A program made the translations under genes and the position numbers. A stretch of 63,630 bases of DNA, filler included, from Octopus bimaculoides (taxonomy: Eukaryota), in assembly GCF_001194135.2 (NCBI RefSeq). It is 7 parts of 6 records of this genome, joined end to end, with 100 filler letters (N's around TTAATTAATTAA, not from the genome) between each part and the next. Parts side by side here need not be neighbours in the genome. Positions count along the whole stretch, not along the records: positions 18,311 to 28,970 come from NC_068995.1; positions 29,071 to 39,897 come from NC_068995.1; positions 39,998 to 42,626 come from NC_068993.1; 4 more parts are not named here. One strand, written 5' to 3'. How positions within the stretch are numbered: the first letter of the stretch is position 1; each line of letters starts with the position of its first letter. The notes below the pieces were generated by a model. That model did not search any database, had not been told where the DNA came from, and worked only from the letters and a program-made list of their open reading frames with translations. Shown piece after piece: positions 26,776 through 40,414 of this stretch.

Positions 26776-26989
26776 AGTATCGTCATCTATGTGGCCACAT
26801 GAGCTGCTAGAAAGGGCAGTCGAATCTCTCTCAATTAGAAATGCCAGTTAACTTTGGTCCATATAAAATCTCCCACGTACAGAGTTAACCAGCTGAATAC
26901 CATCGCCATAATTTCACCATTAATTTGCTAAATTTAGAACAAACTTCATAATATTTGTTAGTTTGAATGGGCATCGTGGTTAGTATGGT

Positions 26990-27546
26990 GTACGGGGGTA
27001 AGATAGTTGAGAAAGAGAAGGGAGTTGAGAGCATGAATTGAAAGGAGACAGGTAGGGGGTAACGAAAGAGATTATTTATGAAGGATAAAAGAGGTAGGAA
27101 TGAGAAAAACAGAAAGTCAGAGAGTGAAGTTGAGAGAGACAAAGAATAGAAATGTAAACGAAAAATAGAGAATGGGAGTAAGAGAAAGAGAATTTAATAA
27201 AAAAATTAGGGGAGAGAAAGAGCGAAGGAGGAAGAGGCAGAAAGAGGTAGAGAAGGAAAAAGAGAGAAAGATATAAAGAAAACGAAAGAGGGAATGACAG
27301 ACGCAGGAAGAGAGAAAAACATTGGTGAGAATGGCAAAAAAAAACAGAGTGAAAGTGTGAAAGAAAAAAATGCAGTGAAGGACAAAAGAGAGTGAGGGAG
27401 AGAGAGAGGGAGAAAGCGAGAGAGAGAGAGAGAAAGAGGAGGAAAGGAAGAAGGGAATGATGTTCTTAGAAAGAGAGAAATACATTGGAGAGAATGGCAA
27501 AAATAAACAAGATGCTGTTAGAGAAAAAGACTTAAGACAAGATAGC

Positions 27547-27621
<75 letters not shown>

Positions 27622-27900
27622 CGGAACATAGAGAGAAAGTGAAAGAAATAGAGGGAGCGAAGAAGAGAGCGAAACAAATGGAAAGAAAGAAAAGTAGAAA
27701 GAAACTTAAAGATTGTTTGACAAATATGATGAATGAGTGTGAAAGATGGAGAAAAAAAAAGCGCGAAACTTTTGGTCAATGGCTGAACTATATCTGGTTT
27801 TGCTTTTTTTTTTCAAAAACTACAAAAATAAAAGAAAAAGAATAGAAACAAAGACAAAAAAAAATAACAATAAATAGATGATTAAATAAATAAAAAAAAT
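26990..27900. repeat. long purine-skewed GA-rich low-complexity tract including (GA)n
   Basis: Direct inspection. Confidence 0.85.
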
Positions 27901-28039
27901 ACATAAATTGTGAGAAGATAAGAGAATCTCTCAAGACACATGTCTTGTTTTAGAAAATGGTCTTTGCATAAAATCATTCTTGACGTGTCTACAATAAGTT
28001 TCTTTCCCCCGAGTAATGGGATTGTTGCGGCAGAATGAA

Positions 28040-28086
28040 ACATACTGCTGCTACTGCTGCTGCTACTGCTGCTGCTGCTGCTGCTG

Positions 28087-28123
<37 letters not shown>

Positions 28124-28205
28124 AGTCTTTTCTGCTTTCCTTTCGCTTTTTTGTTACTCAACTGAACCGAAATGAAGAGAAAAGTTTGTAATTGGCTAAA
28201 TATTA

Positions 28206-28263
<58 letters not shown>

Positions 28264-28350
28264 GCAATAAGGAGCAGCTGCTGCTGATTATATTGGTAAA
28301 TAACAATCACAATAACAAGAACAATAACGATGATAATGATATCAAGGTTG

Positions 28351-28404
<54 letters not shown>

Positions 28405-28727
28405 ATGATGGTACTGGCGATGAGGATGATGGTGATGGTGGTGGTGATGATGATTTCTTATATTGGCCACAAGGTCCAACACAGGATATTTCAAGACAAA
28501 ATCACCATGAAGAAGAAAAAGAAGAAAATGAAGAAGAAGAAGAACAACAACATCAACAACGATGATGACGAAAACAACAACAACAACAACAATAATAACC
28601 ATAATAACAATAATAGTAACAATAATAATAATGATAATGACATTATTATTGTTACTGTTAATATTATTATCGTCAATATTGATAAATGATTTCTTTAGCT
28701 ACAAGGGCCCCCGCCGCGTTGGAATAC

Positions 28728-28766
<39 letters not shown>

Positions 28767-28780
28767 AACAATAATAATAA
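28040..28780. repeat. patchwork of trinucleotide microsatellites (CTG, CTA, GAT, AAC, AAT, GAA)
   Basis: Direct inspection. Confidence 0.9.
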
Positions 28781-29070
28781 CAAAAAAGACATCGGGCCTA
28801 TCTGTACATTGTGGAGAGAAATTGTTTGATCGACGTTTGAAAAGATTTGTTTCGTTTCATTCATCAATTGTATCTCTATAGAAGAAAAAAAAAAACAAAG
28901 CACAAACTTTCATTCTATCAATAGCGCTGAAACTACCACCGCCTACACCACCACCGGCACCACCGCCGGCNNNNNNNNNNNNNNNNNNNNNNNNNNNNNN
29001 NNNNNNNNNNNNNNTTAATTAATTAANNNNNNNNNNNNNNNNNNNNNNNNNNNNNNNNNNNNNNNNNNNN

Positions 29071-29280
29071 CATCGCTTGACAACCGATGCTGGTGTCTTT
29101 ACGTTCCCGTAACTTAGCAGTTCGGAAAAAAGAGACCAATAGAATAAGTACTAGACTTACAAAGAATAAGTCCACTCACAAGTCATTGGTAGGGTCAAAG
29201 TTATAATAGAAGACACTTTCCTCGGGTACCACGAAATAGGATTGAACCTGAAACACACATGGCTACGAAGCGAACTTCTC
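29071..29280. mobile_element. rearranged SINE family A: plus-strand body joined to a minus-strand head
   Basis: CATCGCTTGACAACCGATG...AAAGAATAAGTC (sense) is followed directly by CACTCACAAG...AGAAGACACTT (antisense head). Confidence 0.7.
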
Positions 29281-29720
29281 AATGATTGCTTCTTTCTTCG
29301 CAGAACATTCTTGAGATAAGCAAATCAATAAATCATCGTCCCAGTGAACTTGGCAGCGAGAATGTTTCTTAAATTCGCTTCCAAATTCTTCATTAATGGT
29401 TCGGTTGGGCCAGGAAATCTCTTAACAGCTTATCAAACAGTTTGCATTAGTGGGAAATCCTTTCAAAATCCGCAACACGCGAGGTGTGTATGCGCAGGCG
29501 CGTGAGAGTGTATTTGTGTGCGTGGTGGTGGTGGGGGGGGGTTGTTTAGTAATTTTGTTACATGGCATTTTTTCACATGTACATGTATGGTATACGACGA
29601 CGCTGTAGCTACTTTCTGTTCGTAATCTTCATTAAGCAAACACACACACACATACACACACACACAGACAGACAGACAGACATACATTCTCATTTTTATA
29701 TATATATAGATATTAGAGTA

Positions 29721-29757
<37 letters not shown>

Positions 29758-29936
29758 ACCAAGATTAATGGAAACTATCTTCCCGGATTAAAAGATTAGC
29801 GAGTGATAAATAAATTGAACAGATGAAAGCGTGGGAAATGTGTAAATAAAATCGCGTAAAATATGGGAAATTTGAGATGCGGGAACATTCATGCACTGAA
29901 TTCTTAGACTGAAATTTATGGTTGAGAGTTCCATAC

Positions 29937-29996
29937 CTGTTCTATGTAAAATGGGATCCCCTTATTAAGGGGTCGGTTTAGATCCTCCTCCTGGGT
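29937..29996 (-). CDS. candidate 60-nt phase-0/0 exon (TQEEDLNRPLNKGIPFYIEQ)
   Basis: Acceptor gtttcttttcccag and donor CAG|gtatgg; the other two frames are closed. An in-frame upstream acceptor at 30023-30024 would add DYDGSFFSQ. Confidence 0.5.
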
Positions 29997-30097
29997 CTGG
30001 GAAAAGAAACTACCATCGTAATCTTGAGTGAAACACCCAAAACATCCGAACCAGGCCACGCGCCCTCACCGCAATGTGTATCTGATGTGTGTGCGTG

Positions 30098-30130
<33 letters not shown>

Positions 30131-30134
30131 GGGG

Positions 30135-30365
30135 GGTAAAGGCCCCTTTCGGTCCCAAAGGGCCAAGAGATCCTATCTAGAAAGTTCCCTTTCCGAGACA
30201 CTAGTCTCCCCTCTCCACACCACCGATACAGCTTAGGACCAGTGATGTCGCATCTCATTCCTACAGCTGAGTGAACTGGAACACAATACACAGCTCGGTT
30301 CGAGAATTGAACTCACAATCTCACGATTGTAAGCCCGACGCTCTAACCACTGAGCTATGCGTTTT
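30135..30365 (-). mobile_element. SINE family C copy (tRNA-like head)
   Basis: Reverse complement of GCTCAGTGGTTAGAGCGTCGGGC...TTCAATTCTCGAACC; the tail is shared with 57836-58138. Confidence 0.75.
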
Positions 30366-30379
30366 CACATTAAATGATC

Positions 30380-30426
<47 letters not shown>

Positions 30427-30564
30427 CGTGTGTGTGTGTGTGTGTGAAGGAGGATAGCTAAATAGAGATAGAGAGTTGGATTAATAAATACAAACATGTA
30501 TCCAAGGTTACATACATACATACATACATACAAACATACATACAAATTCAAACGCACACAAGTC

Positions 30565-30606
<42 letters not shown>

Positions 30607-30984
30607 CTTTTGCAAAACCAGGCGGAACCCTCGTGAAAATCCTTTGATCCTTTCCAATTGGAAAGCAACCATTTTAAGAGCGAAAGTTTTATAACATTTT
30701 CGTAACCGAAGGCGAACTCCCGGAGTTTTCGTTTCCCAAACATAAAACACATTTTCCACGCTCTGTGATCACGTTTCCTCTTTAGGGTTTTCGGTTGGCG
30801 AAACAGAAAAACCTTTTGCATTCTAAGGACCTATTTGGTTTCTATGGAATGGTTTTATGGCCGTCAAGTTTGGACAATTAGAAACCTACTGTTATTTATT
30901 ACATTTTTTAATCACCTGATCGTCATAGAAACACATACACACACTGTGTACACACACTGTGTACACACACTGTGTACATGCCCA

Positions 30985-31175
30985 CACATACACAATCTCA
31001 GATAAAATACAGAAACACACATACAGAAACACACATACAGATACACACATACAGATACACACATACAGAGACACACATACAGATACACACATACAGAAAC
31101 ACACATACAGATACACACATACAGAGACACACATACAGATACACACATACAGAGACACACATACAGATACACGCA
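30985..31175. repeat. 14-bp minisatellite ACACACATACAGA(T/G/A)
   Basis: Direct inspection; about 12 units. Confidence 0.9.
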
Positions 31176-31560
31176 CACGCCTTGAAACTTGGGAAGCTTC
31201 TAGCTACGTGGTAGGTCGATCTGCTCGAAGAAGCAGGCGAATTTCCCACAGAGCTCACCCAAATGTCTATTAAGAAAAAGAAAGGTTCAAGAAAACAATA
31301 ACTAATGTACTCCTTGGTATACTATGCCTGGAAAATGTCTGAAGTAAACAAGAACAAAATGTATCAGTGTAGACAGACGCAAACACACACACGCACGCAC
31401 GCACACGCACGCACGCACACACACACAGTGAAACAAGTGAATGCATATACGCACGCACATATGAATAACCACAGCCAGGATTTCGCAATTTTTCCAATGG
31501 ATCCGCCATTAACAATTTGTCTACTTTGCGAAAAACACGAAATATTAAACGTTAGAGCAG

Positions 31561-31663
31561 AGATTGGCAAACCTCTTTTAATCAATTCATGGAATCGCTG
31601 ATTGGACTCGCTATCATGTGGAACGTCTTAGAAAGAAGATTAAACTCTGCATTAAAAGCAGCT
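31561..31663 (+). CDS. candidate 103-nt exon (DWQTSFNQFMESLIGLAIMWNVLERRLNSALKAA, phase 2 to 0)
   Basis: Protein-like helical sequence, phase-compatible with 39006-39178. Splice sites (gcag| and GCT|gtaata) are only moderate. Confidence 0.35.
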
Positions 31664-32109
31664 GTAATAACGTCAACGTTATCGATAACACATAAATAGT
31701 GTATTTTGTTTCTACGCCCATTAGCTGCGGAATAGCTTTCAGACCAGCCAAGACAACGTTTACGGGATTAAAAAGAAGAATCCATAAGAATTTCTCGATT
31801 TAAAAACAATACTACCTTCGTTCTTTTGAAACATATGAAAGTCGGAACATTTCATGTGAAATATGCGTTTGGTGGACACTAATTTTCGAATTTATGTTTG
31901 GCTGAGGTTTAGTGAATTTTAATTCTAAATGACCGTAGTCTTTCAGATTCAATTTACAAATAATTCAGCGCCTTTAATGTTCAACATCATTTCACGTGTT
32001 TATCGATCCCTTTGGGCAGACCCCCTTCCTACCCAGCAGGAGTCAATATTGTCCACATTGATGATCCCTGGATTAGATAATAATTATATTTGTTTGAGGG
32101 GTTTTATTT

Positions 32110-32270
32110 TTTTTTATTCTTTACGTTTTACATTCCGAGTTCAAATCCTGCCGACGTCTGCTTTGCCTTTAATCCTTTTGGGGTCGATAAAACAAGTACC
32201 AGTTGAGTAATAATCGACCAGCTCCCCCTTCCCTCGAAAACTGGTTGCCTTCTGCCAACATTTGACAGAT
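32110..32270 (+). mobile_element. SINE family B copy, decayed
   Basis: B-box-like GAGTTCAAATCC, then TTTGCCTTTAATCCTTTTGGGGTCGATAAAACAAGTACCAG. Confidence 0.75.
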
Positions 32271-32960
32271 TATTATTTATAGTTGACGCATCTGAAAGTG
32301 TTGACCGATTAAAATTGTTTACGGAGCTTGTTTACAACTTTCAGCAATAATTACAATAAATCACATCACCATCAACATCATCATCGTCATCAACGATGAC
32401 ACCTACAACAAACAATGAAGGAGACGAGTCGTTGCATAACAACTCTTTAAGCATCCATTGAAAGAAATTAACCATCATCATCATCATGAACAGGAAGTAA
32501 TTCGAGTGACAAGCTTCCTTTCCGATATCGTTTTGAGCATTAGAATAGCGTAGCATTAGGGTGGTGGTGATGATGATGATGATGACGATGATGAAGATGA
32601 TGATGATGATGATGATGGAGAGTGGAGGACGACGACGATGATGATGAGGATGATGATGGTGACAATGGTGGTGGTAATAGTAGCGTTAGTGGTGGGGGTA
32701 GCGATAACGGTGGTGGTGGTGGTGGTGGTGGTGACGATGGCGGTGGCCGTGTATTGTGTATGTGGGGGGTGGAGGTGTTGTTATCGAGTCCTTAGTTATT
32801 TATAAATGTGTTTACCTTGCTGCTGCTGCTACTGCTGCTGCCGATGTGTAAGTTGTGTTTTCCTATTTGCATCTTATGCTATTGTGATTTCTTTCAGTCG
32901 CCAATTACCACCGAACTAAATATAGGAGAAAGGTGGGTGGAGGGGCTGCCATGGGTGGAG

Positions 32961-32998
<38 letters not shown>

Positions 32999-33231
32999 GT
33001 GTGTGTGCGTGTGTATCTATGTGTGCATATATCCATGTATTCAGCTGCATGGCTGAAACAAATGAAACAATATAAATGTATGTATAAACATATATATATA
33101 TATGTGTGTGTGTATGTACACATATATACGTATATACACACATATATACTTACATACACACACACACACATATATATATATACATATATATTCACACACA
33201 TGCATACATATATTCATTATTCTTTTCTTTT

Positions 33232-33330
33232 AATTGTTTCAGTCATTTGACCCCAAGATTTATTCGTTTTAAGTCTAATACTTATTCTATCGGTCTATTT
33301 ATCGAACCGCTAAGTTACAGGAACGTAAAC
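33232..33330 (-). mobile_element. SINE family A 3' fragment
   Basis: CAGTCATTTGAC...TACTTATTCTATCGGTC...GAACCGCTAAGTTAC. Confidence 0.7.
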
Positions 33331-34814
33331 GCATTAAATATAAGAATGTAAATATACATGTGGTGTGTATATATGTGCATGTGAGAGAGAGAGAGGGGAG
33401 AGAGAAAGAGAGGTCGCTTGTTTTTCTACACCCACAAACACACGCACATATAACACGTTTGATCGATCTGCACACTAATTTTGTTTACCTCTGTTTATTG
33501 ATCTATACCTGTCACATTTTATATTTTTCTGTCTATTTATCTTTAAGCCTCATTATCTATCCACCGTTTTGTATCAATACGTCTCTCTTTCTCTCTCCCT
33601 CCCTCTCTCTCCCTCTCTCTCCCTCTCTCTCTCTCTCTCTTTCTCTCTCCCTCTCGATATGTCCATCTATCGAAATGTTCAGCTACCTTTCCAACCATTC
33701 CACCATGCGTCTATCCATCTGTCTTTTATATTCTTCTTCATTACCTTTTCTTTCCTCGTTGACCAGTCCCAAGACGGTTCCTGTTGCATATTGGTTTGTT
33801 TTGTTGTTGTTTTTTTTCTATCCGTCGGGAGATGTCGCTAGTGATTCANNNNNNNNNNNNNNNNNNNNNNNNNNNNNNNNNNNNNNNNNNNNNNNNNNNN
33901 NNNNNNNNNNNNNNNNNNNNNNNNNNNNNNNNNNNNNNNNNNNNNNNNNNNNNNNNNNNNNNNNNNNNNNNNNNNNNNNNNNNNNNNNNNNNNNNNNNNN
34001 NNNNNNNNNNNNNNNNNNNNNNNNNNNNNNNNNNNNNNNNNNNNNNNNNNNNNNNNNNNNNNNNNNNNNNNNNNNNNNNNNNNNNNNNNNNNNNNNNNNN
34101 NNNNNNNNNNNNNNNNNNNNNNNNNNNNNNNNNNNNNNNNNNNNNNNNNNNNNNNNNNNNNNNNNNNNNNNNNNNNNNNNNNNNNNNNNNNNNNNNNNNN
34201 NNNNNNNNNNNNNNNNNNNNNNNNNNNNNNNNNNNNNNNNNNNNNNNNNNNNNNNNNNNNNNNNNNNNNNNNNNNNNNNNNNNNNNNNNNNNNNNNNNNN
34301 NNNNNNNNNNNNNNNNNNNNNNNNNNNNNNNNNNNNNNNNNNNNNNNNNNNNNNNNNNNNNNNNNNNNNNNNNNNNNNNNNNNNNNNNNNNNNNNNNNNN
34401 NNNNNNNNNNNNNNNNNNNNNNNNNNNNNNNNNNNNNNNNNNNNNNNNNNNNNNNNNNNNNNNNNNNNNNNNNNNNNNNNNNNNNNNNNNNNNNNNNNNN
34501 NNNNNNNNNNNNNNNNNNNNNNNNNNNNNNNNNNNNNNNNNNNNNNNNNNNNNNNNNNNNNNNNNNNNNNNNNNNNNNNNNNNNNNNNNNNNNNNNNNNN
34601 NNNNNNNNNNNNNNNNNNNNNNNNNNNNNNNNNNNNNNNNNNNNNNNNNNNNNNNNNNNNNNNNNNNNNNNNNNNNNNNNNNNNNNNNNNNNNNNNNNNN
34701 NNNNNNNNNNNNNNNNNNNNNNNNNNNNNNNNNNNNNNNNNNNNNNNNNNNNNNNNNNNNNNNNNNNNNNNNNNNNNNNNNNNNNNNNNNNNNNNNNNNN
34801 NNNNNNNNNNNNNN

Positions 34815-34861
<47 letters not shown>

Positions 34862-35689
34862 ATATATATACATATATATACATATACATACATATATATA
34901 CATATATATATACATATATATATACATAAATATATAATATATATGCATATTTATATAATATATATATATACAATATATATGTATGAACACAAACATACAT
35001 ACGTATATACACATACATAACTGCAACCCCACACATGTGCCACTCTCTTACTCTCCCGTTCTCCCCCCTCTCTTTCTCTCTCTGTATATATACACACACA
35101 TACATACACACACATGCACACACACACATACATACACATGCACACATACATACACACACATGCACACACACATATATAATATGCAGGAAAGAATAAAATA
35201 AAGTACAATGGCGCGGGTTATATTTCTTCTTTACTCAACACAAACAAATGTATTTTCAAGCTACGTAGTGAGCAGCAAGATACCACACTTGAAATCGTGA
35301 TGCTAATACTTGAGGTTGGTGGGGAGCTCTACGTTCTGTCTTTCTATCTTCATGTGACGCCGTTTTCTATTCCTTCTATTTCCACCACTAAAATCTATTT
35401 TCTATAACAGATTATGTTAATTATGTTAATTACCGACAAGATCATTAGATCTTCATCAGGTGAAAGAATTTGATTAGCTGAGAGTGGAGAACGACTTTCG
35501 AATAACGACCCAGATATATGATAAATGTGATATCATGGGACCTTAGTAGGAAGAGAAGCGATAATGGGAACATAGATTAGGCATGCATCTCCATGGAAAC
35601 TCAATATTATTGATCTCTAGTAGAGCATTTATCTCTGCTGTTACACCCATAAATTCTTCCTTATACACACACACACATACACACATACA

Positions 35690-35731
<42 letters not shown>

Positions 35732-36462
35732 CTCACAAACGCACGCGTTGTCTTTCTTTCTCCCCACTACATACACACACATTTTTTTACCTCTTTCTCT
35801 TCTCTCTTTCACTTGATCTCCACCACCACCCCCTTGCTGTTACATATATATGTATGCATGTGTGTGTGTGCGTCCGTGCGTGTGCTCATAAATCCTCCAA
35901 CATAAATATACAGCTTTCATGACTAAACTTATATATCCACATTCAAAATAAACCACATATACAATCATATACGTACACAGACACACACATATACATATAT
36001 ACGTATATATACATATATGCAAATATATGCATATATATGTATACATATGTGTGTGCGCATGTATGTATATATGTATATAGGTGCGTGTGTGTTCATGTAT
36101 ACCCACATATATACACACTTACATATATACAAATAGAAATTCGTTTGTTTGCGCTCTGTGTCTGTACATATACAGGCACTCATATGTGTGTATATGGAGA
36201 GAGAGAGGGGGGAGAGGAGAGGGAGAGAGGAGAGAGGAGAGAGAGAGAGATTGGTAAACATACGGAAGCCAAATCAAACATAACAGCATTGCTAGATTGA
36301 GTCACGATTAGCGGTTATTTTGTTTGCAATACTGCACGCACTTGTTACATTTTGGACAAAAAAAATTTGCGTACCTACAATGTGGTACTTTCCTATCATA
36401 TTTAAAAATATATACTGCTGCATAATTTATATACATATTTATATTGTTTATAATATTATTCT

Positions 36463-36499
<37 letters not shown>

Positions 36500-37664
36500 C
36501 TGATATAATGGGGCAGTCAGTAAAATTTTTGTAAAATTATACGCAACATATTTAGATGCTGTCTCCAACACATCAAACGTAGGGCTCTCTGTTAATTTTC
36601 GTTGACAAAATTATTCAGTCATGTGATTGAAATCTAGATGGTCATTAATGAACTTATATCATCTTCAATTTGTTTGACGATGTGAACACCACACTTTACA
36701 CGCGAAGTTAGCTGAAGTTTGAACTCACTAATTATGTTTTTAGATAAATTTCCCTTATTCAATAAGTAGAATATTTTTTCCTAAATAGAAAAATAAATTT
36801 CACTGACGATTCGCAATCTAATTTTCCTCTAAATCTACTTCAAGGGAAATGTAAAAACATAGTCATTCATATAATTACATAATTAATTTAGTCTATTTAA
36901 TTAGTCTATTTAAATGTGATTGAATAAACCGTATCATCAGGAGAAAAAGTTAAAATATGAACAACAAAATGCTGTTACTGTTTTAAATATAATTTAATGT
37001 ATTGAAACAGATTATTCCGAAACTCTATCCATTTATGCAATGAGTAATTGGCCAAAGTATGATAAATCTAGGTTAACGGATCCACGATTATGAAACCCGG
37101 CGAGTGAAATAAAACACGATTGCGATAAAGTTTTTTATGAAGTATGTAATGCTAATATTTGAGCTCGGAAAATTGATTTAACGAAAATTACATCTTCAGT
37201 TAAGCATAAAATAATTTACTGCTGTAATAAACTGAACTGCGTAACAAATTATCAAAGCTGTTTACTTTTCTTGTAGCAAAATAACAAAATTGGAATCCAC
37301 GTTACATCATTTGTAGTTTGTGATGTTAGTATTTGTAGGAGAACTTAATTAGAACTTCATAATTAATTGGGGCTGATTTGAAACTTCATACAACAAAATG
37401 GATGACATCTATAGAGCAGAAATATTAATGCTCCAGCCTGACTGAAAGTACAAATTGAAGATATAACTAAACGTCAGTTGCGGTTTGTTTTCTCAACTGG
37501 TGTTGCTTGTGGGTAGTATCAATAAGGGTATTCGATATTATAATTAAAAGTGTATTCGATATTGTAATTAAAAAATTGCATCTCAAGTTTTAGGATGAAT
37601 TCCAGTCACAAAAACTACGACTGCAGAGTGGTATTAAGTCGTAGAAAAGTTCTTGGGTGATGGG

Positions 37665-37870
37665 GGAGTAAATCTTGGTTTCAAACTTTGGCACAAGGCC
37701 AGCAAGTTCGGGGGCAGGGGTTAAGTTGATTACGCACTCCCCCCACCAGTGTTCAACTGGTACTTATTTTTTCGCCCCACCCCCTCTCCAAAAACAAAAG
37801 ACTGAAAAGGCAAAGACAACCTCGACGAATTTGAACACAAAACGTACGGAAGGCTACTAAGCATCTTGTC
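37665..37870 (-). mobile_element. SINE family B copy (common tail)
   Basis: TTTGGCACAAGGCCAGC...CAACTGGTACTTATTT...AAAAGGCAAAG.C.ACCTCG..GAATTTGAAC. Confidence 0.8.
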
Positions 37871-37893
37871 CGGCTTGCTAACTGGCCGTCTTA

Positions 37894-37924
<31 letters not shown>

Positions 37925-38395
37925 CGATGACGATGTCGACGACGACGACGACGACGACGATGATGATGATAATTGGTAATATAACAAAAATATTTTTTAT
38001 TTATTTTCATTACTTATTTTTTTTAGGGCTAACAACTTTTGTAAATCACTTGCAAAATTCTCATTAAGTGGTTATTTTTTTTAACAAGCCCCGTTACTTT
38101 TAGATAATTTTGTACATCGTTTATATTTATATGTTTTTGAAATGGATCTGTGAACCGTCAGACAAAAAGAAAATCTTGGAACATACATGTCAGGTGGTTG
38201 GGCGTTGTCTTGAAACGAGAGTTCAAAGATTAGAAGAAATAATGAAGATAAACCAAACGACCAAACCATTCACCCAGATATGTACCCTCCTATCAACCAG
38301 GGCCGCAAACCATCCACTATCCTTTCAATATTCTCGCCTAAATCGCCTTTAACGGCTATAAAATATATCCTATAAGTGTGTGAGTGTGTGTGTAC

Positions 38396-38435
<40 letters not shown>

Positions 38436-39005
38436 CACATGTATATATACACATAGATATATATGTATACATGTGTGTGTGTCTAGACAAGACTTCGTTA
38501 CAAATGAAAATACTCGGAATTCTAACGTCGTCAATACAAAAAGACGCTTTTGTTTTAAATATCGCTCAACACATTATAAGCACGTCGCTCTTCTTTATGT
38601 GGAGTTGGAAAAAATGTAAATCAAAGTTAAGAACAAAAACAAAATGACAAAATTCATTTCAGTAATTGTTAGAGTGGAATGATTGATGGTGATAGCAATA
38701 GCCAACTTCTTTTCTATACATACAATATATGCAAGTATGCGCGCGCACACACACACATATACACACACAATACATACGTGGAGGCGGCGGCAACGATGCC
38801 GTTTTCCCTGGCGTTTCTATTGTTTGCTCTTCACACAATAAATCTATCGCATTCCTATGTCAAACTGATAACATCCATTTCCGTTAGATTTAATCAAAAG
38901 GCTTTCCAGTCGTGACCAACCTGTCCGTTTATAGGGTTATGTAAGACATTAATCAGTGAACGATCCAACTCAAAACGATCCAATGGTCTTCTGTTTGTTT
39001 TTAAG

Positions 39006-39178
39006 CCAACTGCTAAGTGGTGGGGACGATTTGAAGGCGATTTGGCCAAGCTTTTTGAAACCGTTCTTACAACCCCATGGAACACAGCCAAAGAAGCCCT
39101 CATTCAACAAGAGCAACAGTTTACTCGCACACAAATTTGCAGCCAAATACTCGCGATTTTCTCTAGAGACCAGATACG
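39006..39178 (+). CDS. probable 173-nt internal exon (PTAKWWGRFEGDLAKLFETVLTTPWNTAKEALIQQEQQFTRTQICSQILAIFSRDQIR)
   Basis: Strong acceptor tcttctgtttgtttttaag and strong donor CG|gtaaga; GC-richer than flanks. A second frame is also open, so the frame is not certain. Family not recognised. Confidence 0.6.
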
Positions 39179-39997
39179 GTAAGAGAATATGGTTGAGACC
39201 AATACAATAAAACAATGCCAGCATATATTCCTCAAGAATGAATTAATACGAGTTCTAGTATATCTATGAAGTTGTTATATTAGAAGATTTATTCATTGTT
39301 TGTGTGTGTGTGTCCCCACCCCGCCGCCCAGATCCGTTCTCATGGCTTCTAATGCTTGTTCTTGTATACTATGCCCTTGGTACTGAAAGGACCTCACAAC
39401 CCTGACATCTTAACTCCGTCAGTGGATTACACAAGTAGGGTGGTACACGTTTTTGTTAAGTACGTCCGTCCTCTCGGCGTGTCTTCTTCTTTCCTCCCCC
39501 CACCACTCTCTCTCTTTACTTCTCGGCAGTTTCTACAACAATATTGTTTAACCAAGAATAGTTGATAATTCCTGTCACGTGTTTTGTTTAGCTGGATTTT
39601 AATTGTCTCCCAAAATAATGTTAAGAGTTCCTGGCGTTTATATGTGGATATATTCTCGGTTTCGGCTGCACATTTGTAAACATCGCCCCAGCCGCGTGAC
39701 TTGCACCATACTAACGTATGTATGCATGCATGTATGTATACGTGTATGAATGCATTTATGCAAGTATGAATGTATGTATGTACGTAAAATATATATATGC
39801 AAATTAGCGTATATATATATTTGTGTGTCTATGTGTGTGTGCATGTATGTATGTAAGTGTGTAAAATGTATGTATATATATATATATATATATATATNNN
39901 NNNNNNNNNNNNNNNNNNNNNNNNNNNNNNNNNNNNNNNNNTTAATTAATTAANNNNNNNNNNNNNNNNNNNNNNNNNNNNNNNNNNNNNNNNNNNN

Positions 39998-40285
39998 TGG
40001 GCAGCAACAAAAAACCTATTTGTATATGCTCCACAAGGGAAAACAAGGAACATAGTTTACAATGAGGTGTTATAATCACGACAGCAAGAAAGTATGTACA
40101 TGATCACCTTCTTTTACGAAACTTCATTGACTTTCATATATTTATATTGATATACATATATATACGTGTGTTTGGGTGCGTGTGTGTATATACATCTCTA
40201 TATATAAAGATGATGCGTAGTCTAGACGGCGTTTTTAGATTTCATTATTCTCTTTAACCCGGGCAACGCCGGGTATTTCTGCTAG
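39998..40285 (+). mobile_element. Helitron 3' end: RepHel helicase C-terminus plus terminal hairpin and CTAG
   Basis: KNLFVYAPQGKTRNIVYNEVL* (stop 40073-40075) matches the typical Helitron PIF1 C-terminus. Hairpin ACCCGG-GCAACG-CCGGGT (40257-40274), then CTAG at 40282-40285 followed by T. Confidence 0.8.
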
Positions 40286-40414
40286 TGTTTTCATAAAACT
40301 CTATCGTTTGCCGTTGATTTTTGAGCTATGTTGCACAGAAAACTGGTGCCTCCAAGCCCATCCCTACCACTACACAAAACAAGGATTGAAAGGAAGAAGA
40401 GTACGTGACACATC

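Noticed and set aside
30985-31175. CRISPR-like or coding tandem array
   Set aside because: It is a spacer-less 14-bp CA-rich minisatellite in eukaryotic DNA; no CRISPR array exists in this window.
36500-37620. Possible DNA transposon in a microsatellite-free AT-rich block
   Set aside because: I found no matching terminal inverted repeats or transposase motifs by eye.
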